NCBI GenBank assembly: GCA_951406725.2
Contig: OX597824.1
Span: 80,538,001 to 80,602,000 of the forward strand
Length of the DNA: 64,000 nucleotides
Source of the DNA: Octopus vulgaris
Taxonomy: Eukaryota
Direction of reading: 5' to 3'
Both the position numbers and the translations under genes were made by a program. The notes below the pieces were generated by a model. It did not search any database and had not been told where the DNA came from. It saw only the letters and a list, made by a program, of their open reading frames with translations. Position 1 is the stretch's first letter; every line of letters begins with the position of its first letter. Below are positions 56,381 through 64,000 of this stretch, piece after piece.

Positions 56381-56715
56381 TATATAACTTCCAGGCATCG
56401 ATAGCCAGCTGTACTAATGGAGCCATTTTCTTATCCAAACGGACTCTAGAGGCGGCATGAGATGGACTCAGGGTGACAAGACTATTCTGTGCGTATTTGT
56501 TCAATGTAAAAGCATTGTCGACTTGTGGAGTTATGTCGAACAAAACTCGTTGAGTAGGATGTGGACGACTACCTGCCAAGTCCGACACAAAGGACGTTCC
56601 AAGGTCCTCCTTCACCAGGAAGACCAAACAGATTCCATCAGAGGTGAATATGGAGATTAGACACAACTGAAAGGTCAGAGTTGAGATATTTTGTCTCCAC
56701 CTTTTCGAAGTTCCA

Positions 56716-56958
56716 TCATCATCATCATTGTTCGACCGTGGTCGAGACAATGGAATTTACCATGTTACGCCAGACTTCAAGGTCCATCATGGCATTACGG
56801 AGGTCCTGTTGCTGGATGCCTGTATCCCTGGAGATTACATCAGGGTAGGAGAGTGTGCGCCCTCTGGTATTGCGAGTAGATGGCTTCCAGAGGAGAAGAG
56901 TAGAAATTATTTCTTTTTCAGCTCTACAACAATGTCCAGCAAACTGGACTCTCCTACC
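56716..56958 (-). mobile_element. RTE/RTEX-type LINE 3' fragment with a (TGA)n tail
   Basis: RRVQFAGHCCR..LLLWKP..YPDVISRDTG..AMMDLEVWR, with a 13 bp TSD tttcgaagttcca (56703, 56959). Confidence 0.88.
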
Positions 56959-58073
56959 TTTCGAAGTTCCAGTTATAGAATACGTTTTGGGCAGATAGAG
57001 AAGAACACACCCTAGTAAATTTGCCGAGATCTGGGCAAGTGTTGCAAGAATGGTACGTCTGAATGTATCTAATCTCATGTACACACCTAGTAGACCAGAT
57101 CAGGGATTAAAAGTGGCAGAAAAATCTCTTGCTAGTCATAGTAATCTTTGATTAATCCTAATTGGATTCCTCCTCTATTGGGGGAGATTTTCTTGTTAAT
57201 ATATTATTGTTATATAGTGTTATTTTTTTTATTACACCTAAGCCCCCAGCTCTCACTGTTTTGATATTCTGTCCTTGTAACGTCCCCTAACGTCCCCTAA
57301 CGTCCCCAACCACTTGGGCTTCAGGGACCAATAAATGAAATTATTGTCAAATTTTTGTTTTGAATTTCAAGTGGAATTTTATATTGATAGAAAAAGACCC
57401 GACAAAAGTCACGAATAAATTAGTTGGAGTTAGTATTAATTTCCCTAGTAATTAATTAATTGCCTAAAGGTTTGTCCCTTGCTATTAATTTTATTCTTGT
57501 CTTCCTTTCTTGTCATCGTTCTTTAATGAGACTCTGTTATCATTTCTGGCTTTCTTTCTCATTTCTCCTTCTCTCTCATTCACCTCCTTTCACTTTATTT
57601 CTTCCTCTCTCTCTCTCTCACTTTATCACTCTCACGCACTGGCACATGCACACGCATACATACACGCATACACATATACATCCATCTACTCACTCTCCTC
57701 CACCTACACTCACACGTTAACTCACAGGTACTCTCGAATGTCATTTTAAAAACCCTATCATATATCTTCACATATTTTCCAAAACGTCTCTTTTCTTTAT
57801 CCGACTTTCTGTCTCCGACATATACACATAACCAAACATAAACATAAACAGATCACAGAAATACATACACATATATAAACACATAAACATTAAGTTATAA
57901 TCTGTTAGATTTTGCGATCAAATCCCACCACTGTCAGCTTTTCCTGTTAGCCTTCATGGGATAATAAAATTTTTATTGGCTAATTTTGTAGGGCAGATGT
58001 AATTGACTATGCTCTTCCTTTAATGCTCGCCACAGTGCAAAACTCTTAGATTTCATTATTAACTCTATTAACA

Positions 58074-58678
58074 AGGCGGTGAACTGGCAGAAACGTTAGC
58101 ACGCCGGACGAAATGCTTAGCGGTATTTTGTCTGCCGTTACGTTGTGAGTTCAAATTCCGCCGAGGTCGACTTTGCCTTTCATCCTTTCGGGGTCGATTA
58201 AATAAGTACCAGTTACGCACTGGGGTCGATATAATCGACTTAATACCTATTTCTGTCCTTGTTTGTCCCCTCTGTGTTTAGCCCCTTGTGGGTAATAAAG
58301 AAATAGGTATTTTGTCTGCCGTTACGTTGTGAGTTCAAATTCCGCCGAGGTCGACTTTGCCTTTCATCCTTTCGGGGTCGATAAATTAAGTACCAGTTGC
58401 GCATTGGGGTCGATGTAATTGACTTAATACCTATGTCTGTTCTTGTTTGTCCCCTCTGTGTTTAGCCCCTTGTGGGTAATAAAGAAATAGGTATTTTGTC
58501 TGCCGTTACGTTGTGAGTTCAAATTCCGCCGAGGTCGACTTTGCCTTTCATCCTTTCGGGGTCGATAAATTAAGTACCAGTTACGCATTGGGGTCGATGT
58601 AATCGACTTAATACCTATGTCTGTCCTTGTTTGTTTGTCCCCTCTATATTTAGCCCCTTGTGGGTAATAAAGAAATAA
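58074..58678 (+). mobile_element. SINE family A, one head plus three tandem 184 bp units
   Basis: Units start at 58122, 58306 and 58490. Confidence 0.92.
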
Positions 58679-58838
58679 GTACTTCGTACTTATAAGAAAT
58701 AAGTACTTCGTACATTCTGAGTTAAATTTCCTCCAAGGTCGACTTTGCCTTTCATCCTTCCGGGGTTAATAAAATTAAGTACATTTGGGTATTCATAAAT
58801 TATTGGGAATTCTTAAAAACAAGATGTTGTGTAAGACA

Positions 58839-59033
58839 AAGTTAATCCAAACAAGAAAGCACAAAAAAAAAAACACAACGCGAGGACGTGGAACAAATAT
58901 AGTATTATTGGACGGTCAGGAAAGAAGGAAAGAAGGAGTGTTATAACGTTTCGAGCGGAGTTCTTCGTCGGAAACATAGGAGAAGGAAAGATCCAGAGAA
59001 GGGAAGACACACGTGGTCACATTTTGAAAAAAA
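58839..59033 (-). mobile_element. Short insertion with a hammerhead-like motif and a 15 bp direct repeat
   Basis: atgttgtgtaagaca at 58824 and 59034. Minus strand reads CCGACGA a gaactccgctc GAAA cg TT at ~58944-58971. Confidence 0.6.
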
Positions 59034-59329
59034 ATGTTGTGTAAGACAGTTCGGTATTCTCTCGCATTGCACAAAAACCGTTTTAAGGGCTACATACTTT
59101 ATATTGCTGTTATTGGATTAGCGAAGAGATAAACCCTGCTTTCACGGAAATTACTGGGTACGTCAGCTAGTAAAGGAATATTTCGAAATTCCTAGAATGT
59201 CACCAAATGTTATAGGTATCTGGATAGTTCCAGAGGGAAAAAGAAACGAAACGTTATGACTAAAGCGCACTAGATGAGGACACTTATGCTTTTGTGGTGT
59301 AGAAAATTATGGTTTGGTAATCTCTAGAT

Positions 59330-59644
59330 CATTGATTTCCAGCCGGGGACGGTACTGCGCCCCAGGGTCCATATAAGATTTTTAAATATCCATGAATGCA
59401 ATATATAGTAAACTGGGGGTTCATAGCTTTTTCCAGGGGCTTTCAAAAAAACCAGTAAGGTTTATGCGCAATATATCGCTTATACTTCTACAATACACAA
59501 AATATTTTCTCATATAATTCCTAATAATATTAAAATTATAAAAAAATACAATAGGATTTTTAAATATCAAATGGCTAGGAGGATCCATCCCGGTAAAACA
59601 GGAACCAAAAGGGTCCATAGGTAAAAAATGGTTTAGAACCCATG
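59330..59644. mobile_element. hAT (Charlie-like) MITE, diverged
   Basis: Ends cattgatttccagcc / ggtttagaacccatg resemble CAGTGGTTCCCAACC-type TIRs. The 8 bp flanks are ctctagat / ctctaagt. Confidence 0.55.
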
Positions 59645-59859
59645 CTCTAAGTAAACCGTTGCAAGCTTTATTGGTCTTCATGAAACTTGTGAAACGGTCC
59701 GTCAGTGGATGCTGCCGTCTTTGTCTGCACCTCTATAGTAGAGAAGGAATGTGTCGTTTAATTCAAGTATGGTTCATTATTACAGCTAAGGGCTTTTTGA
59801 TAATTATATTTCGGCACTTCTGATTCACAGTGCATTATGCAAAATATATATGTGTCTGC

Positions 59860-60037
<178 letters not shown>

Positions 60038-60555
60038 AAATAACCCATTTATTTTCCTAAATTATTTGGTATAAATCAAATTGTGTATGCTTATTTCTTA
60101 GTATTGAACTATTAGAATTTTTTTGTAATTTATCCAGTACAGCACTTACATAAGTAAATAGTATTTTCCTAAACAATAGATCCACTTACTTCGGTTAGTG
60201 ACTTATTCACGAATATACCAACACTAGCGCCGCTCAGGGTAATAATCTCTGGAAACGCACAAAATAATCTCTGGGAACCCCCGCTGTACTCTTTCACCAC
60301 AACTTTCTCTCACTCTTTTTCCCTAGTTTTGCCACAAAGCAAAGGAAACATGGTGTAATCCACTATGGTGTGGTAAACTTTCAGACCCTAGTCTAGATCG
60401 CGAATCTTCTGTACCCCAGGATGGTCCAGCTCTCCACCCGTTAAAAGCCACCATTTACGGAATGAAGATAACAACGTAGCTTTCGTGCCCGTGCAACCAC
60501 CAGTCTATGGGGTGTGGTGATTATTCTTTGTGACTAATGGCGTGAGTCCTGATTG

Positions 60556-60886
60556 GAAGAAGTAGAAGAAGAAGAAGAAGAAGAAGAAGAAGAAGAAGAA
60601 GAAGAAGAAGAAGAAGAAGAAGGAGAAGGAGGAGGAGGAGAAGGAGAAGAAGAAGAAGAAGAAAAAGAAGAAGAAGAAGGAGAAGAAGAAGGAGAAGAAG
60701 AAGGAGAAGAAGAAGAAAAAGAAGAAGGAGAAGGAGAAGAAGAAGGAGAAGGAGAAGGAGAAGAAGGAGAAGGAGAAGAAGAAGAAGAAGGAGGAGAAGG
60801 AGGAGAAGATGAAGAAGAAGGGGAAGGAGAAGAAGAAGAAGAAGGAGAAGGAGGAGAATGATAATAATAATAATAATAATAATAAC

Positions 60887-60951
<65 letters not shown>

Positions 60952-60967
60952 GAAGAAGAAGAAGAAG
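60556..60967. repeat. (GAA/GGA)n followed by (AAT)n
   Basis: Directly visible. Confidence 0.95.
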
Positions 60968-61624
60968 CAACAATATTGACACATCAACAGAATATAAAAT
61001 AAACAAACCAACAAGACAATTGTACAAAAAACAGGTAAAAAATTTCAACAAAAAATAAAGCAAAATATAATTTAAAGTATGCAATAATGTTAAATAAATA
61101 TACAGAACAAATTAAGATTCAAACACACACACAAAAAAAAAACCCAGCGAAAAAGAAAAAATGAAAAATGAGTGAAAAAAGGCAGAAAAATAAAAAAAAT
61201 AAAAAGCGCATATTATAGATTTCAAAACAAAATAATAAAAAATATAATGAAGAGCGAAAATTCCAAAATCAAAGAATTGCAAATAGAATATTTGTGAATT
61301 GTATTCGGTTAAATTTCAGTTTGAATTTATTGCAGTCAGTTTTGGAGAAAATGCAATTAAATAATGACATAGAGGCGGTGGGGAGGAAGGAAAGGATCAG
61401 GGATAGATAGATAGCTACTTAGCACGAAACAATATATCAATTAGGCATGAAAGAACGGTCGTTTTAAAAGTGCGACTTGAGGTCGGTATATAGAGTGTAA
61501 AGTCAGAAATGAAAAAAACAAAACTAGTGGAAGAAGAAAAGAAGGAACGATGAAGCGAAGGAAAATATAGAACGAACTCACAAACTGACAAACCGTGGTG
61601 CTTAGTACTCTTTCTTTCATCCAT

Positions 61625-62471
61625 CTCCTTTTTCTCCTCCTCCTCCTCCTTCTTCTTCTTCTTCTTCTTCTTCTTCTTCTTCTTCTTCTTCTTCTTCTTC
61701 TTCTTCTTCTTCATTCTTCTTCTTCTCCTACTTCATCATCATCATCATCATCATCATCATCTTCTTCTCCTCCTTCTTATCATTCTTCTTCTTCTTCTTC
61801 TTCTTCTTCTTCTTCTTCTCCTTCTCCTTCTCCTTCTCCTTCTTCTCATTCTTCTTCTTCTCCTTCCTCTCCTTCTTCTTCTTCTTCTTCTTCTTCTTCT
61901 TCTTCTCATTCTTCTTCTTCTTCTCATTCTTCTTCTTCTTCTTCTTCTTCTTCTACTTCTCCTCCTCCTCCTCCTTCTTCTTCTCCTACTTCATCATCAT
62001 CATCATCATCATCTTCTTCTTCTTCACCTTCTTCTTCTTCTCCTCCTCCTCATTCTCCTTCTTCTTCTTCTTCTTCTTCTTCTTCTCCTCCTCATTCTCC
62101 TTCTTCTCCTTCTTCCTCTTCTTCTTCTTCTTCTCCTTCTTCTCCTCCTTCTTCTTCTCCTCCTCATTCTCCTTCTTCTTCTTTTTCTTCTTCTTTTTCT
62201 TCCTCTTCTTTTTCTTCTTCTTCTTCTTCTTCTTCTTCTTCTTCTTCTTCTTCTTCTGCGTTGTCGTCCGTAGTCGTAGTGTCTTCATCGTTATGATCTT
62301 CATTCTCAAACCCCCCACAGCTGTCGTCGGCACCAGCGGCAGCAGCATCAGAAGCACCAGCAGCAGAACCAGTAGCAGCACCACCACCACTGACATCACC
62401 ACTGCCAGCACCACCACAATCCCAGCCACCAACATCACCAACATCACCGCCACTACCGCCATCATACAAAT

Positions 62472-62503
<32 letters not shown>

Positions 62504-62540
62504 GCAGCACCACAACCACCACCACCACCACCACCACCAG
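61625..62540. repeat. (TTC/TCC/ATC)n tract followed by (CAG/CAC)n low-complexity sequence
   Basis: Directly visible. Confidence 0.95.
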
Positions 62541-62659
62541 TAAAAGTACATTTACTATGAAGATCAAAAAGCAAGTACAGTACTACAGCTGAGTGAAGGA
62601 ATTTCGCTTTACACCTGCCGACCAATGCATCTTAATTTCTTAATATTTACATTACACTA

Positions 62660-63535
62660 AAGCAGCGAGCTGGCAGAATCGTTAGCACGCCGGGCAAAAT
62701 GCTTAGCGGTATTTTGTCGTTACGTTCTGAGTTCAAATTCCGCCGAGGTCGACTTTGCCTTTCATCCTTTCAGGGTTGAGAAATTAAGTACCAGTTACGA
62801 ACTGGGATCAATGTTTGTCTGTCCTTGTTTCTCCTCTCTGTTTAGCCCCTTGTGGGTAATAAAGAAATAGGTATTTCATCTGCTGTTACGTTCTGAGTTC
62901 AAATTCCGCCGAGGTCGACTTTGCCTTTCGTCCTTTCAGGGTTCAGAAATTAAGTACCAGTTACGAACTGGGATCAATGTTTGTCTGTCCTTGTTTCTCC
63001 TCTCTGTTTAGCTCCTTGTGGGTAATAAAGAAATAGGTATTTCATCAGCCGTTACGTTCTGAGTTCAAATTCCGCCGAGGTCGACTTTGCCTTTCATCCT
63101 TTCGGGGTCGAGAAATAAGTACCAGTTACGAACTGGGGTCAATGTTTGTCTGTCCTTGTTTCTCCTCTCTGTTTAGCTCCTTGTGGGTAATAAAGAAATA
63201 GGTATTTCATCTGCTGTTACGTTCTGAGTTCAAATTCCGCCGAGGTCGACTTTGCCTTTCATCCTTTCGGGGTCGAGAAATAAGTACCAGTTACGAACTG
63301 GGGTCAATGTTTGTCTGTCCTTGTTTGTCCTCTCTGTTTAGCCCCTTGCGGGTAATAAAGAAATAGGTATTTCATCTGCCGTTACGTTCTGAGTTCAAAT
63401 TCCGCTGAGGTTGACTTTACTTTCATCCTTTCGAGGTCGATTAAATAAGTAACAGCTACGCACTGGTTTCGATCTAATCGACTGCCCCCACCCCGCCCAA
63501 GTCTCGGGCCTTATGCCAAGAGTAGAAAAGAATAT
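62660..63535 (+). mobile_element. SINE family A, one head plus five tandem ~165 bp units
   Basis: Units start at ~62708, 62870, 63036, 63201 and 63366; the last unit carries the alternative tail. Confidence 0.9.
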
Positions 63536-63945
63536 TGCCTTTCAAAAAAAGGAGGCGAGCTGGTAGAAACCTGGCCACGTCGGGTGAAACGCCTTGCGGT
63601 ATTTCGTCTCTCTTTACGTTCTGAGTTCAAATTCTGCCGAGAGTCGATAAATTGAGTACCAGTTGCGTACTGGGGTCGATCTAATCGACTGGCCCTCTCC
63701 CCTCAAATTTCGGGCCTTATGCCTAGAGTAGAAAAGAATATTGCCTTTCAAAAAAAGGAGGCGAGCTGGTAGAAACCTGGCCACGTCGGGTGAAACGCCT
63801 TGCGGTATTTCGTCTCTCTTTACGTTCTGAGTTCAAATTCCGCCGAGAGCCGATAAATTAAGTACCTGTTGCGTACTGGGGTCGATCTAATCGACTGGCC
63901 CTCTCCCCACAAATTTCGGGCCTTGTGCCTGGAGTAGAAAAGAAA
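63531..63945 (+). repeat. 206 bp tandem duplication of an internally deleted SINE A variant
   Basis: aatattgcctttcaaaaaaaggaggcgagc occurs at 63531 and 63737. Confidence 0.88.
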
Positions 63946-64000
63946 ATTCACGTCACTCTTCATAGGCGACTTTTTTTCTCCTTTTTTCTCTAACGTAGCA

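Larger units (their letters stand above)
54575..57342 (+). pseudogene. Old L1/Tx1-like LINE ORF2 remnant plus 3' UTR, host of nested insertions
   Basis: Collinear decayed motifs: ACTDQIAI (YADD region), AKLNEKSVG, KGRAETVNSYIASVVY, HALILWHFQRLLD and KTILCVFVQCKSIVDLWSYVE (zf-RVT-like). Ends near aataaa at 57330. Confidence 0.65.

Noticed and set aside
60505-62625. Poly-E, poly-S and poly-K ORFs up to 233 aa
   Set aside because: Trinucleotide repeats stay open in several frames on both strands, and there is no complex coding sequence.

Overview
Eukaryotic, AT-rich, microsatellite-saturated non-coding DNA. The tRNA-derived SINE families and repeat landscape strongly suggest a coleoid cephalopod (Octopus-like); this is recognition from memory, not a database result. 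No convincing host protein-coding exon, rRNA, true tRNA or CRISPR array is visible, and nearly all listed ORFs are translations of simple repeats. The window holds about 40 copies of 3-4 tRNA-headed SINE families (called A-D here), three non-autonomous Helitrons, decayed mariner, hAT and Merlin remnants, and many LINE fragments (RTE, CR1-like, L1/Tx1-like), including a multi-layer nest at 54.5-57.3 kb. The most interesting items are: (1) a TSD-bounded 2.2 kb retroelement encoding only an L1/Tx1-type ORF1 (HAL1-like, no RT); (2) several unrelated short elements, mostly embedded in microsatellites, carrying Penelope-type minimal hammerhead ribozyme motifs, often with variant cores; (3) a SINE flanked by a 225 bp direct duplication; (4) head-to-tail SINE body concatemers with a recurring junction; (5) a SINE tail matching the 3' UTR of the local L1/Tx1 remnant. 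Coordinates were counted by eye and may be off by a few bases.
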